From an uncultured Dehalococcoidales bacterium (GTDB lineage: Bacteria; Chloroflexota; Dehalococcoidia; Dehalococcoidales; UBA2162), in assembly GCA_964489895.1 (NCBI GenBank), contig CAZBAN010000003.1, positions 1 through 61,036 on the forward strand: a stretch of DNA of 61,036 nucleotides, given 5' to 3'. A program made the translations under genes and the position numbers. This document shows positions 28,866-39,643 of this stretch, one piece after another. Each line of letters opens with the position of its first letter. Position 1 is the first letter of the stretch. The notes under the pieces were generated by a model. That model worked only from the letters and a program-made list of their open reading frames with translations, was not told the DNA's origin and searched no databases.

Positions 28866-30614
28866 ATGGTAACAAAAGACAGAATATACAAATGTTTAAA
28901 CCCCATCGGAATCCAGGACCCGGTTGACTTATATCCTCTGGCGCCCCGCCTTGACCGGCTTGATGGAAAAACTATCATGTTCAACATGATGGTCAACGTT
29001 GAACAGGAATTTCTCACACCTTTAGAGAAAATGCTGAGGAGTAATTATCCCGAAGTCAACTGGATCTTCAGGGAGTCAGGTCCACCGATACCCGATGAGG
29101 AGCTAAGTAATACCGATGCCCTGATACAGGGAGTGGCATTCTGACATGGTGCTATTAAAGGGCAGTTGCCCCATGCAGCGCAATTCGAAAAAGTGGGAAA
29201 ACCGGCTGTAGTTATCGTCTTCGAAGACCAGGATGAATGCCTCAAGCAGGGAGCCCTGCTCCTCGGTATTCCCCATGTGCGAAGAGCATACTGCTCACGT
29301 ACAGGGAATGGAGTTGAAGATGCCGCCCGTATTATCAAGCCGTTGATGGATGCCCTGACCTTGCCTCTGACTGCGAAAGAAAAAGAAGGCGGCAGATGGG
29401 GAGTATCTGATAATAGGATAATTTTCGAGGGAACCCTCGACGAAGCTGAAGAATTCTATGAGCGTGCAGAAAAAGTCCCCGTTCTTGGAAATGCCTATAT
29501 ATCTCTCTATACGGATGGGATGGCGATAAGGATCCCCACCGAGGAGCGGGTACAGGCGATGCTGAAAGGCACCAGCCATAAGCCGGATGAAGTGATAACT
29601 CTTCAATCCGGTCATAAACAAAGAGAAATGGGGGTCGGAGGTAAGAAGGGTACTCCGGTTCGTTTTGAGCCTCTGAAACGTACAGCTACCGTTGAAAAGG
29701 TTGCCATCAACGCCGTGATGGCAGGATGCAGACCGGAGTATATGCCTGTACTTCTGGCGATTGCTGAAGCAGGAGGCGGTGGGGGGGACGGGCGTGGTAG
29801 TCTGGGATTTTGCGTTAGTGGCCCTATCGCTAAAGAGATAGGAATGAATTTTGATGTGGGGATGCTCGGACCAGGAAATCAGGCCAACAGGAGTATCGGT
29901 CGAGCTGCTGAGCTCATGTGGTGTAATCTGGGAGGAAATATCCCGAAAGTAACCAGCTGCGGAATCATGGGTAACCCGCTTTTTAACTGCTTCCCGGAGA
30001 ATATCGATGCCCTGCCGCCGGGCTGGAAAGGGGTGAATGAAGAGTACGATTTTAAGAAGGATGAAAGCGTTATTTATGTACTTGGTATGAGGGGAGGGCC
30101 TCCCGGTTCATTAACATTCCACAGCACCGAGTTTAGTCCTGGCAGATACAGGACGCTTCAGAAAAGCGGCAGCGGCGGTATGGCCAAACGCCTCGGTAAA
30201 GAAGGAATTCCCGGTCCTCATAACTGGCTGGAATACCAGGTACCCTCTTTATGGGCGGGTAAAGAAGGAGGCTATAATTTCATAATACTTCCGGAGATGG
30301 CACAGCATCTGTACGAAGCCGGTTTTAAGTCCAAGGATGAAGTCTACCAGTGGCTCTATGAGGCCAGTTTCATGCCATTCAGCGAGTACAGGAAACACGC
30401 CTCGCCCGATTTCCGGACAGGCGGCTGGAGGGGAGTAGAAAAAACTTCAGGTAAACCCTGGAAAGAGCTGCCAGATGACTATATGGTACCGGCTGTAGGC
30501 GATCCTTATGAGAACTGCATAATCGTTGCCGGCGGCGGCGAAGAGACGTCTCACTGGGTCAATGGCCGGACGCCCAGCGCAGACCCTGCATATGGAATAG
30601 ATGTCTGGCGTTAA
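28866..30614 (+). CDS. Candidate selenoprotein, type A copy 1 (582 aa; in-frame UGA at 29142-29144 is residue 93)
   Basis: ORFs 28800-29144 and 29166-30614 are in the same frame and separated only by TGA. HGAI.GQL just after the TGA is conserved with the paralog at 53620-55368. There is no SD or ATG for an independent downstream start. RBS AGGAGGG precedes ATG 28866. Confidence 0.7.
29145..29175 (+). promoter_or_regulatory. Candidate bacterial SECIS hairpin
   Basis: CATG/CATG outer pairs. Apical stem GGGC (29160-29163) with GCCC (29168-29171), and an AGUU loop about 23 nt downstream of the UGA. Confidence 0.45.
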
Positions 30615-30661
30615 ATCTTAATCACATTTATTGGGAAGCAAACCAGAGCATTATTTCAGGT

Positions 30662-30690
30662 GCAGTACGACTCTCCCCCGACTCCACCAG
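30662..30690 (+). repeat. Direct repeat copy 2 (degenerate duplicate of the ssrA 3' end; attR-like)
   Basis: GCAGTACGACTCTCCCCCGACTCCACCAG. The C-to-A change would disrupt acceptor-stem pairing, so this is not a functional tmRNA end. Confidence 0.6.
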
Positions 30691-30720
30691 AAAGGAATAT
30701 GTACCGGACTGTATAAGTGT

Positions 30721-32472
30721 TTAGTATCCCATCGCGGTTTTCATGTCAGTATCAATCCAGAAGTACATAAGGTATTCGTCGATGTTATCATTTCCACCGC
30801 CACCGATGGCTCCATAGAAGTTCTGGAGCCAGGGCCACCACACTACAAATGAATGAGGCGAAGGAAGATAAATCGGCACTGCCAGTTCAAGCTCGTAGGG
30901 ACCGATTTCCTTTAGTATCTGAGCTACTCTGGCATTATCTCTGCCAATGTACCGGGCGATTTCACTGTATGCTTCCTGGATGCGCTGGTCACTGACCCGG
31001 CTGTAATTATAAGGACTTCCCCCAATCATGGACATCATTTCCTGCGGTCTGAGAAGGTAGTCACTCCCGTAAAACGCCTGCTCGTAGGTTCCGCCCATCC
31101 AGGCAGTGAATTCCACTCTGGCAAGTTCCATGTCGATATTGATGGCTTTGAGGTATTCCTTGATTATCGCGAGAAAATCGATATGTTCCGCAGCACAATC
31201 TAGTCTAAAATTAAACCCGTCGGTGTAACCGGCCTCAGCCATCAACTCTCTGGCCCTCTCAACATCATAGCCGAATAAGTCCTGGACTACCTGAGACTGC
31301 TCTTCCAGAGGAGTATATATTCTATCGAATACCGGCAGATCCATGTATGGCCAGGCCAATAGCTCAGCGTGACCGCCGTAGTAATCATCCACTAGTTCCC
31401 GCTGGTTAACCACCAGGTTCATAGCGTACCGTATCCTGATATCGCTAAAGGGAAGAGCCCTGTTGTCGAGCCGGGGCCATATCATACTGGTAATAGAATT
31501 CGCAAACGATTTCACTTCCACTTCGGGGAGTTTTTTCTTCAGATAGTCGACATCTTCCCAGCCTGAGATAACCATCGAGGCAGTGGATATTGTGTCTATT
31601 TTTCCGTTGATAAATAATGCCTGTATATATTGTGCCACTTTGGTAGGAGCATTAAAAATCAATTCTTTCATACCGTCAGCGTAAGGTAACCGGTTCTCTG
31701 GATGAAGCGGATCCATCTGCCAGTAATTGGGATTTCTTACATACTCAATATAACTGTCTATAACATAGTTATCTATCATAAAAGGTCCGGTTCCGATGAA
31801 CTGCTGCCACTCCGTTAGAGTTTCACCTCCGTTCGCCTCTACAGCATCGGGGCATATCAGCCACATATGGTCGCCGATAACAGCCGCCATCATACCCTGC
31901 CACTCAGGTATGACCTTCACCTCGACGGTATGGTTATCAAGCGCTGTAGCCGAAAGTGGAGCCTTCCCGGTTATAGTGTAGTATCTATAATTGAAAGACA
32001 TCGGTGATGAGAATTGCCTTTCGATATTCCATGCGATATCTTCTGCGGTCACTTCTCTGCCGTTAGCCGGCTCTTTATCCCACCAGTGAACATCCGGGCG
32101 GATGTGATAGACGATAGTTTCGTTATCGGGCATTTCCCAGCTTTCCGCCAGTCTGCCAACAAGCGTATCCGTGAAACCACCGAAACCGCTCGTCCAGTCA
32201 TTTTCATTGGCGCCGGCCGGACCTCTCGTCCAGTCTCCACCGAGTAACTCTTCACCCATCATAGATATATTGAACATGTCTGTTCGGGCTGCATAATCCC
32301 ACGCATTCCAACTGGTAGTGCGTATACGGTAATGTATCCCGCCGTATTTCGGCACAGCTGGATCGGCATAATTAGTTACTATATTTTCTGTTTCTTTATC
32401 GCCGCACGATACTATCAACAGCGATGATAACATCAGGAAGCTTAATAAGATGTACAGGAAATGCTTTTTCAC
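30721..32472 (-). CDS. ABC transporter solute-binding lipoprotein, family 5 (peptide/nickel/oligosaccharide type)
   Basis: 583 aa. Signal peptide with lipobox IVSC, and a family-5 SBP-like pattern throughout. No permease or ATPase genes are adjacent. Confidence 0.8.
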   Translation of the reverse strand: MKKHFLYILLSFLMLSSLLIVSCGDKETENIVTNYADPAVPKYGGIHYRIRTTSWNAWDYAARTDMFNISMMGEELLGGDWTRGPAGANENDWTSGFGGFTDTLVGRLAESWEMPDNETIVYHIRPDVHWWDKEPANGREVTAEDIAWNIERQFSSPMSFNYRYYTITGKAPLSATALDNHTVEVKVIPEWQGMMAAVIGDHMWLICPDAVEANGGETLTEWQQFIGTGPFMIDNYVIDSYIEYVRNPNYWQMDPLHPENRLPYADGMKELIFNAPTKVAQYIQALFINGKIDTISTASMVISGWEDVDYLKKKLPEVEVKSFANSITSMIWPRLDNRALPFSDIRIRYAMNLVVNQRELVDDYYGGHAELLAWPYMDLPVFDRIYTPLEEQSQVVQDLFGYDVERARELMAEAGYTDGFNFRLDCAAEHIDFLAIIKEYLKAINIDMELARVEFTAWMGGTYEQAFYGSDYLLRPQEMMSMIGGSPYNYSRVSDQRIQEAYSEIARYIGRDNARVAQILKEIGPYELELAVPIYLPSPHSFVVWWPWLQNFYGAIGGGGNDNIDEYLMYFWIDTDMKTAMGY

Positions 32473-32507
32473 AGATATCTCATCTCCCTGCTATCACAAA
32501 TATTTCT

Positions 32508-33314
32508 TTAGCAATGCCTTGCGAAAAAGGATAAGATAATGCTCTGATATTCTTCAGGTTGCTGTGAGTAGGTGTTGTGCCCGCAATTGGGGAGGACTGC
32601 CAGTTCCCCCTGGGGTAACGAGCGGTACATCAAAACCGCCTGCTCCACGTCGAACAGGCGGCTTCTATCAGGATACAGGACTAAAGCCGGACATTGAACA
32701 TTTTTCAGGGTATCCCTTAAATCAAATGGCTCTGAACCAGATTCATAGACGCCTCCCCCCTCAACGAAAAGCGAGAAAAACTCCGGGGCATAAGTTTCTC
32801 CCTGCCAGTGGATTAGCTTTTCCCGTAATTGCGGCGGGGCATTTTCAAAAGAAGGAAGAATCCTGCTATCTGGTGATTGTGGTGGTTTTTGTGGTTGTTG
32901 TGATGGCTGGTACATCCCGGTTTTGGCACAACACATTGTGCTTGATATAGCTATAGCCTTAACCTTATCAGGATTCTGAGCTGCATAATGGAACCCTATA
33001 GCTCCACCCTCACATTGACCGAGAAAATACATCTTGTTTTTTACGTCCAGGTATTCCACCAGGATTGATAATTCTCTAACACTATTCAGGATATATTGTT
33101 CACTTCTGTAATAATCCCGGAAGTCTTCTCCCTTGTCTGAGTTTCCAAAGCCTCTACGGTCATATGAAATAACTTTGTATCTGGAAGTAAATCCGGTAAG
33201 TACATCTTCCCACATCCTGGTGGAGCCAGCGCCATGATGCAGCAATACCAGAGGTTCTCCTTGACCTTGAACTTCATAATAAATATTGACTCCGTTGTTG
33301 TTTACTTTTGGCAT
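32508..33314 (-). CDS. Alpha/beta-fold hydrolase with a Cys at the nucleophile elbow
   Basis: HHGAGS oxyanion region, elbow LGQCEGG (GxCxG instead of GxSxG), and C-terminal CGHN catalytic His context. Confidence 0.75.
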   Translation of the reverse strand: MPKVNNNGVNIYYEVQGQGEPLVLLHHGAGSTRMWEDVLTGFTSRYKVISYDRRGFGNSDKGEDFRDYYRSEQYILNSVRELSILVEYLDVKNKMYFLGQCEGGAIGFHYAAQNPDKVKAIAISSTMCCAKTGMYQPSQQPQKPPQSPDSRILPSFENAPPQLREKLIHWQGETYAPEFFSLFVEGGGVYESGSEPFDLRDTLKNVQCPALVLYPDRSRLFDVEQAVLMYRSLPQGELAVLPNCGHNTYSQQPEEYQSIILSFFARHC

Positions 33315-33517
33315 ACTATCCTGCTCCAGTAATTCTATACATAATTGAGATTTCCTATTTCAATACGGAATGATGCGTTCTGACTCTCATCGCTCAGTGT
33401 ATCTATGGTGGAGTCTGGATGTCAATAACGTTCGGAGAAATCCGGTGCCATATTCTAAGGATGAAATGTTAGATTGATTCATCATAGAATGAAGTACTAA
33501 TTATCGGAGGTGGATTA

Positions 33518-34267
33518 ATGGGTAACAAGACTGTCGAAGAGAGAATAGAGGCTCTGGAGAGTATGGTGCAGCAACAGAATAAATACATAGAGATTCTTGA
33601 AAAGAAGCTGTCCAGGCTTGATGATATCGAAGATATCAAGAAACTGCAAAAAGCTTACGGATATTATTTAATAAACTGGATGCATGAGGAATTGATTGAC
33701 TGCTTTTCAACCAGCCCACAGACTACCCTTGAGTGGCCGCAGGGTACCTTCATTGGCTCTGACGGACCTCGCCGCTTTTTTGGTAATATCAATACAAAGA
33801 AAGACCCGGAGTTCATGCACCAGATGATGCAGATATCAGGTATTGTCGATATCGAACCAGAAGGTGATAGAGCCAAAGGAAGATGGTGGGGATTCGGTGC
33901 TATGGCTATTCCTGCCGGGTCTATGGAAGTACCCGGAGGAGAAGGGGTCGATCAGGCAATAGGCTGTGGTATCTATGAAATGGAATATATTCGTGAAAAA
34001 GGTATATGGAAAATTTTAAAGATAAAGTGGGTGCCTGTTTATAACGGGACACTTGAAGAAGGGTGGGTTAAACCTGAACGCAGAGCAAAGTCCAAACCTG
34101 CTCCTATTAACAGCAGGGGATTTCCTGAGTCATGGCATCCTGATGGAGGACCGGACCCTATCGATTATAATTATCCGTCAGGTTATATACTGTCATTCCA
34201 TTACCTGCATCCAGTTACGGGCAAGAAAACGTCCGAGGAAAAACGTAACGCTGAACTAAAACCATAA
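33518..34267 (+). CDS. NTF2/SnoaL-like fold protein with an N-terminal coiled-coil segment
   Basis: LSRLDDIEDIKKLQKAYGYY resembles the N-terminal helix of SnoaL_4-type NTF2 proteins. RBS GGAGG upstream. Confidence 0.5.
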   Translation: MGNKTVEERIEALESMVQQQNKYIEILEKKLSRLDDIEDIKKLQKAYGYYLINWMHEELIDCFSTSPQTTLEWPQGTFIGSDGPRRFFGNINTKKDPEFMHQMMQISGIVDIEPEGDRAKGRWWGFGAMAIPAGSMEVPGGEGVDQAIGCGIYEMEYIREKGIWKILKIKWVPVYNGTLEEGWVKPERRAKSKPAPINSRGFPESWHPDGGPDPIDYNYPSGYILSFHYLHPVTGKKTSEEKRNAELKP

Positions 34268-34316
34268 AAGATGTTATAATATTCCCTTCTTTTCCTTTCT
34301 TGAAAGGAGGACTCTG

Positions 34317-35006
34317 ATGGTTACTTATACTGAGTACGATTGCCTTTTAAACCTGGTTAGAAAAAGACGTACTATCCGTCAATTTTTACCTGATCCGGTT
34401 CCTGACGAATACATAACCAGGATTATCGAAACGGCACGCTGGGCTCCATCAGCTTTTCATACTCAACCCTGGGAATTTGTGGTCGTCAAGGATGAAGAGC
34501 TAAAAAACAAAATCGTTACCGTGTTGGAGCAGTTGGGACCACCCATAAAGGACCCGGCTAAGGAGTCATTGGAGAGGAAGAGTTTTAAGGATGCACCGGT
34601 TTACATTTTTCTATTATGTGATTGGAGGGCAAAGGTTGGGTTACCCGGTCAAGCTTCTGAGAACACTGCTCAGGTAACAAATCTTTTTAACTCCAGCTTG
34701 GCTAACGCATTTTTATACATGCATCTGGCGGCGGCGGCGCTTGGACTGGCTTCTCAGTGGTACACAGCTTCATCCCGCCTTGAAGTGGAATCTGCCGTAA
34801 AAGAGATAATTGGTATACCGGATGCTCTAACGATTTACGATATGATGGTGGTCGGCTATGAAGCTAGTCCGCCAGACACTAAAATCGTTAGAAGTATTGA
34901 TGATGTGGTGCACTATAATGATTGCGGACTACAAGATTTCAGAACAGATGAGGAAGTAATAGCCTATGCTGAAAAAACCAAAGCCTGGTGCATGTCGCAG
35001 CACTGA
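34317..35006 (+). CDS. Nitroreductase-family flavoprotein
   Basis: RRTIRQF...ARWAPSAFHTQPWEF motif. Confidence 0.85.
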   Translation: MVTYTEYDCLLNLVRKRRTIRQFLPDPVPDEYITRIIETARWAPSAFHTQPWEFVVVKDEELKNKIVTVLEQLGPPIKDPAKESLERKSFKDAPVYIFLLCDWRAKVGLPGQASENTAQVTNLFNSSLANAFLYMHLAAAALGLASQWYTASSRLEVESAVKEIIGIPDALTIYDMMVVGYEASPPDTKIVRSIDDVVHYNDCGLQDFRTDEEVIAYAEKTKAWCMSQH

Positions 35007-35025
35007 AGTTGTCACAGAAGCTGAC

Positions 35026-35463
35026 TTATCCGAGGATTTTTGGTGAGAACAGGTACTGCGTGGTCGTCTTCAGTGTTTTTCTGAGCTGGGAAAGCTGGGG
35101 TCCATATATTGTGATTCTGCCGTTATCGACGGTTACCGGCATATCCAGGACAGCCCTGATTACATCCTTTTCCACTTCGCTGCGGCAGATTACAGCCATC
35201 TCGTTCTGTCCCGGATTCACCTCGATGATCATGGGCAGCAGTAACGACTCCTGCTTATCGGAGGTTAATAAGCCTGACAGGTAGTCCAGTTCATTCCTTT
35301 TGAACAGATGGGTACTGCCGTCGTTACAGGTTACGTGTGGATATTCCTCTTCCAGCAAGTCCGAAAGCGTTTTTTGTTCGGAAGGCAGGTGGGCGTTCAG
35401 CAACCTGAGCTCGTCCTTTAACGATTCCTGAAGCATCCTTTCGTAAGGTGATTCGTCAGTCAT
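35026..35463 (-). CDS. UPF0216/DUF61-like protein (archaeal-type), last gene of the ATPase operon
   Basis: 145 aa. The pattern LNAHLP...L.DLL....P.V...DGS.H.F...EL..L...L......L.LP..IE is as I recall it from DUF61. Start abuts the atpD stop. Confidence 0.45.
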   Translation of the reverse strand: MTDESPYERMLQESLKDELRLLNAHLPSEQKTLSDLLEEEYPHVTCNDGSTHLFKRNELDYLSGLLTSDKQESLLLPMIIEVNPGQNEMAVICRSEVEKDVIRAVLDMPVTVDNGRITIYGPQLSQLRKTLKTTTQYLFSPKILG

Positions 35464-36102
35464 CTAGCCCCCCCTTTGCTCAAGCAGTGCTTTTACCCGC
35501 TTAAGGCGAGACTTCTCTTCTCTATCTCTCTCTTCGAACTTCATATAAAGGAACTTGATTGTCTCCTTCAGACCCGGAATTATCAGGTAGTCCAGGGCGT
35601 TTAGTATCCTCTTCGTCCGGTTGATTTCCTTTCCCAGTAGCTCGAGGCTGCTCTGCAGTTCAGCCAGCGCCACCATGGACCGGAGGCAGCTTTCAAACAG
35701 CTGCTGCGTCTGGTCTACGTATGCGGAGGTGTCAACCAGGCTGTAGCTTTTTACAGGTGTTTTGTCCTCTTTCAACTCGAAAGACACGACTCTCGCACCG
35801 GCTACGTTTCTCGACCCGGAAATCAGTTCCAGTTCTTTTTCCGAAGCCTGAAACTCTTTCTCCAGGGCAAGATAGCCGTGAAGACCACTGGCGACGGACA
35901 GCGACCTGTAAGCCATGGAGAACTCGTCGAGCATCTTTTGCCTTGCTTCTACTGTCTCTCTGGCTATCTGTAGAAATTCAAGCATGAGGATGGATAGCCT
36001 GTCTTTAATTATCTTCTGTATCCTTGTTGCCAGCGATAGACGGCGTCTGAGCCTGATAAGCTCAATCTTGGTCGGTCGGACCTTAATCGTCTGCTGAGTC
36101 AT
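35464..36102 (-). CDS. atpD: A/V-type ATPase subunit D
   Basis: 212 aa coiled-coil protein. [16 protein letters not shown]-terminus. Position after subunit B. Confidence 0.85.
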   Translation of the reverse strand: MTQQTIKVRPTKIELIRLRRRLSLATRIQKIIKDRLSILMLEFLQIARETVEARQKMLDEFSMAYRSLSVASGLHGYLALEKEFQASEKELELISGSRNVAGARVVSFELKEDKTPVKSYSLVDTSAYVDQTQQLFESCLRSMVALAELQSSLELLGKEINRTKRILNALDYLIIPGLKETIKFLYMKFEERDREEKSRLKRVKALLEQRGG

Positions 36103-37516
36103 CTTCTGGTTCCTTATCGCTTTCGGTATGCTTCGGAAGATACTTCTTGATTAATTCTTCACTGATCAGTTTCAGGTCTTCTTCGGGCAGTGCCGAGAAC
36201 AGCTTCCACCCGATGTCCAGGGTATCGGTAACGCTTCTCTTTTCATACTCCTCCTGAGCAATAAACTCCCTTTCGAACCTGTCGGCAATTTCCAGGTATG
36301 TCCTGTCCCTGTCACTCAGGGCTTCGGTACCAATAATGGTGGATATTTCTCTCTCACTGTTGCCTTCCGAGTATGCCGAATAAAGCTGCATAAAGACGTT
36401 GTTATGGTCTTCTCTTGTCTTGCCGGGTCCGATACCCTCTTTCATCATCCGGGAGAGTGATAAAAAGACGTCTATCGGCGGGTAAATGCCTTTTCTTTCC
36501 AGCTCCCTCGAAATCACAATCTGACCTTCGGTAATGTAAGCGGTGAGGTCGGGAATCGGGTGGGTGATATCGTCGTCAGGCATGGTGAGGATGGGCATAA
36601 CGGTTATCGAGCCTTCCTTACCCAGAATCCTGCCGGCCCTTTCGTATATCGTCGCCAGGTCTGTGTACATATATCCGGGGTACCCCCGCCTTGAGGGTAT
36701 TTCCTCGCGCATTGCCGAAAGCTCGCGTAGAGCCTCGCAGTAATTGGTCATGTCGGTAAGCATAACCAGTATGTGCATATCGTGCTCCCAGGCGAGGTAC
36801 TCCGCGGCGGTTAAAGCCAGCCTTGGTGTCGAAATACGCTCGATGACGGGGTCCGAGGCTGTATTAATGAAAGCCACAGCCCTCTCCATAGCTCCCGTCT
36901 CCTCGAGGCTTCTGGTGAAGAAGGCAGCGTCATCATAGCTGATGCCGACGGCACCGAAGACGATGCCGAACCTTTCCTCCGTGCCTCTTACCGCAGCCTG
37001 CCTGATTACCTGAGAAGCAATCCGGTTATGCGGCAAACCAGAGCCGCTGAAGATGGGTAGTTTCTGTCCTCTGACCAGAGCGTTAAGTCCATCGATAGCC
37101 GAGATTCCGGTCTCGATAAACTCAGACGGAGGCATGCGGCTCGCCGGATTGATCGGCTGTCCGTTAATGTTCAGGTAATCCTCGGCGACTATAGCCGGTC
37201 CTCCGTCAATAGGTTCACCCATGCCATTGAAAATCCTGCCCAGGATGTCATCAGATACCGCCAGCCGCAGGGACTCGCCCCGGCACCTTAAGGTGCTTTC
37301 CTTAAGGTCTACTTCGCTGACGCCGCCGAAAACCTGGACTATAATAGCTTCGCTGCTGATATCGATTGCCTGTCCACGCTTTACCTCGCCGTCGGCGAGG
37401 ATGACATCGACAATCTCGCCGTACTTAACGCCGGGGATGTTCTCGGCAATCAGCAGCGAGCCTTTTGCTTTTTGTATAGCACTTGTTTCTCTAATATATA
37501 GTGGATTATCTGCCAT
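36083..37516 (-). CDS. atpB: A/V-type ATPase subunit B
   Basis: 477 aa non-catalytic subunit pattern ([22 protein letters not shown]). Confidence 0.93.
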   Translation of the reverse strand: MADNPLYIRETSAIQKAKGSLLIAENIPGVKYGEIVDVILADGEVKRGQAIDISSEAIIVQVFGGVSEVDLKESTLRCRGESLRLAVSDDILGRIFNGMGEPIDGGPAIVAEDYLNINGQPINPASRMPPSEFIETGISAIDGLNALVRGQKLPIFSGSGLPHNRIASQVIRQAAVRGTEERFGIVFGAVGISYDDAAFFTRSLEETGAMERAVAFINTASDPVIERISTPRLALTAAEYLAWEHDMHILVMLTDMTNYCEALRELSAMREEIPSRRGYPGYMYTDLATIYERAGRILGKEGSITVMPILTMPDDDITHPIPDLTAYITEGQIVISRELERKGIYPPIDVFLSLSRMMKEGIGPGKTREDHNNVFMQLYSAYSEGNSEREISTIIGTEALSDRDRTYLEIADRFEREFIAQEEYEKRSVTDTLDIGWKLFSALPEEDLKLISEELIKKYLPKHTESDKEPEDDSADD

Positions 37517-39264
37517 CAGTCCGTTCCTTTACCAGCTAACAGATTTATTTCCATTTCCGACCACATGGTGTTAATTCTCTGTTCAAATACATCGTGTGGA
37601 ATATCCTTCATTCTGGATATTCTGTACACGAACGGTGAAGAGCGTAGCTCTGCTACACTCGTCCCTGAGGTAACCATACCTCTGGCAAGGTCATAGAACT
37701 TAATGATTGTCTTCAGCATCTTCTGGGCTCTTGCCGGCAGGCAGTATGTGTCGATTTCGTGGTAAGCGCTCTGCATGAGAAAGTCCTCGCGTATCATCCT
37801 AGATACCATGAGAACCAGTTTATCGTCTTCAGGCAGGGCTTCCGGACCGACCAGCCTCACAATTTCCTCCAGGTTGGCTTCCTGCTGAAGCAGTCTCAAA
37901 GTTGTTGCCCTGGTGCTTGACCAGTCGGGGTCGATTTCTGTCCACCACTTTTTAACTGAATCGGCGTACAGGCTGTAGCTGGATAGCCAGTTTATCGCCG
38001 GAAAATGTCTCTTGTTTGCCAGTGAGACGTCCAGTGAATACAGGGCTTCTATAATTCTGAGGGTATTCTGGGTAACCGGCTCACTGAAGTCGGCTCCGGG
38101 GGGGCTGACAGCGCCGGCGATAGTTACCGAGCCTCTCCTGTCCGGACTGCCTGTGCACTCGACAAGGCCGGCTCTTTCATAGAAAGAGGACAGCCTTGAA
38201 CCCAGATAAGCCGGGAACCCTTCCTCACCCGGCATTTCCTCAAGCCTGCCGCCGATTTCCCTCATAGCCTCAGCCCACCGTGAGGTTGAATCGGCAACCA
38301 GCAGGACGTCGTATCCCATATCCCGGTAATATTCTGCCATGGTAGCACCGACATAGATGCTGGCTTCACGGGCTACCACCGGCATGTTGGAGGTATTGGC
38401 AATAAATACCTCTTTTTCCTGTAATAACCTGCCCGTGTTGGGCTCTTTTAGCTCTTTAAAACTGTACAGCACGTCAGCCATCTCGTTGCCTCTTTCGCCG
38501 CAGCCGACGTAGATGTTCAACTGGGTCTGCGCCCACCTCGCCAGCTGCTGAAGGGTAACGGTCTTTCCGGTGCCGAACCCTCCCGGAAAGCAGGCTTTAC
38601 CACCCAGGGCAAGGGGGAACATGTAGTCTATAATCCGCATACCGGTTACCAGCAGCCTTGAAGGGTCGAACCTTTGTACGTAAGGGCGCGGTTTTCTGAC
38701 AGGCCACCTGTGCATCATCGTTATCTCCACTACCTTGCCGTCCTGCTCCACCAGCAGGACGGGTTCCTCCACGGTGAAATCTCCTCTGCGCGCCTCTTTT
38801 ACCACACCCTTGATTCCAGGAGGAACCATTACCCGGTGTTCGATGAGGTGAGTCTCCGGAACAGTACCAACTATATCCCCGGTGCTAACCTTATCCCCGG
38901 CTTTGACCGTAGGGGTAAACTGCCATTTCTTATTACGGGGTAGAGCCAGTGTTTTTCTACCTCTTTGCAGAAAATTGCTATCCTGCATCAAATCAACGAG
39001 AGATTCCTGCAATCCATCATATATAGAGCCGACGATACCGGGTCCCAGCTCTGCCGTCAGGATAGCGCCGGTCTCTCTGACCTGCTCGCCGATGCCCAGC
39101 CCCTGGGTCTCCTCGTGAGCCTGGATAATCGCTTTATCACCTTCCAGGCCGATTATCTCTCCGACAATTCCTTCATCACCTATCTCGACAATCTCGTAGA
39201 CCTGGGCGCCGACCATATCCTCGGCTATAACCACAGGTCCGGAAACCCTCCAAGTTTTACCCAT
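37516..39264 (-). CDS. atpA: A/V-type ATPase catalytic subunit A
   Basis: 582 aa. Walker A GGFGTGKT and the non-homologous insert typical of A subunits. Confidence 0.95.
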   Translation of the reverse strand: MGKTWRVSGPVVIAEDMVGAQVYEIVEIGDEGIVGEIIGLEGDKAIIQAHEETQGLGIGEQVRETGAILTAELGPGIVGSIYDGLQESLVDLMQDSNFLQRGRKTLALPRNKKWQFTPTVKAGDKVSTGDIVGTVPETHLIEHRVMVPPGIKGVVKEARRGDFTVEEPVLLVEQDGKVVEITMMHRWPVRKPRPYVQRFDPSRLLVTGMRIIDYMFPLALGGKACFPGGFGTGKTVTLQQLARWAQTQLNIYVGCGERGNEMADVLYSFKELKEPNTGRLLQEKEVFIANTSNMPVVAREASIYVGATMAEYYRDMGYDVLLVADSTSRWAEAMREIGGRLEEMPGEEGFPAYLGSRLSSFYERAGLVECTGSPDRRGSVTIAGAVSPPGADFSEPVTQNTLRIIEALYSLDVSLANKRHFPAINWLSSYSLYADSVKKWWTEIDPDWSSTRATTLRLLQQEANLEEIVRLVGPEALPEDDKLVLMVSRMIREDFLMQSAYHEIDTYCLPARAQKMLKTIIKFYDLARGMVTSGTSVAELRSSPFVYRISRMKDIPHDVFEQRINTMWSEMEINLLAGKGTD

Positions 39265-39289
39265 AGCTTTCTACCTCCGCAAACGGCAG

Positions 39290-39643
39290 TTAAATCTCCA
39301 CATCGAACCCGGTGAAAATCCTAACGAATGATTTGTAATACTCGGCAACATTTTCGTACTGTGTACCGGATTTTAATGGCAACGTAATTATTGCCGGGGT
39401 CAGTCTTTTACTTTCTTCCAGTTCAGATATCATGTCATCGGCGTAGATTGCGTAATCTTCCTGGATGCCTATAATACCGATACCGGGTTCATCTATCAGA
39501 CCGGCAAGTATATTCCTGACGTTTTCTCTGGCAGCAGGTTCATCCGCTATCACGAAATACTTCTTGACGCCAGCGAGCCTGAGCCCGTTGACCAGGTCTT
39601 CATCGCCTATCAGGGCTATACTTAAACTACTGACGGGTGTCAT
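39290..39643 (-). CDS. atpF: A/V-type ATPase subunit F
   Basis: 117 aa. IALIGDEDLVNGLRLAGV pattern. Position between subunits C and A. Confidence 0.8.
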   Translation of the reverse strand: MTPVSSLSIALIGDEDLVNGLRLAGVKKYFVIADEPAARENVRNILAGLIDEPGIGIIGIQEDYAIYADDMISELEESKRLTPAIITLPLKSGTQYENVAEYYKSFVRIFTGFDVEI

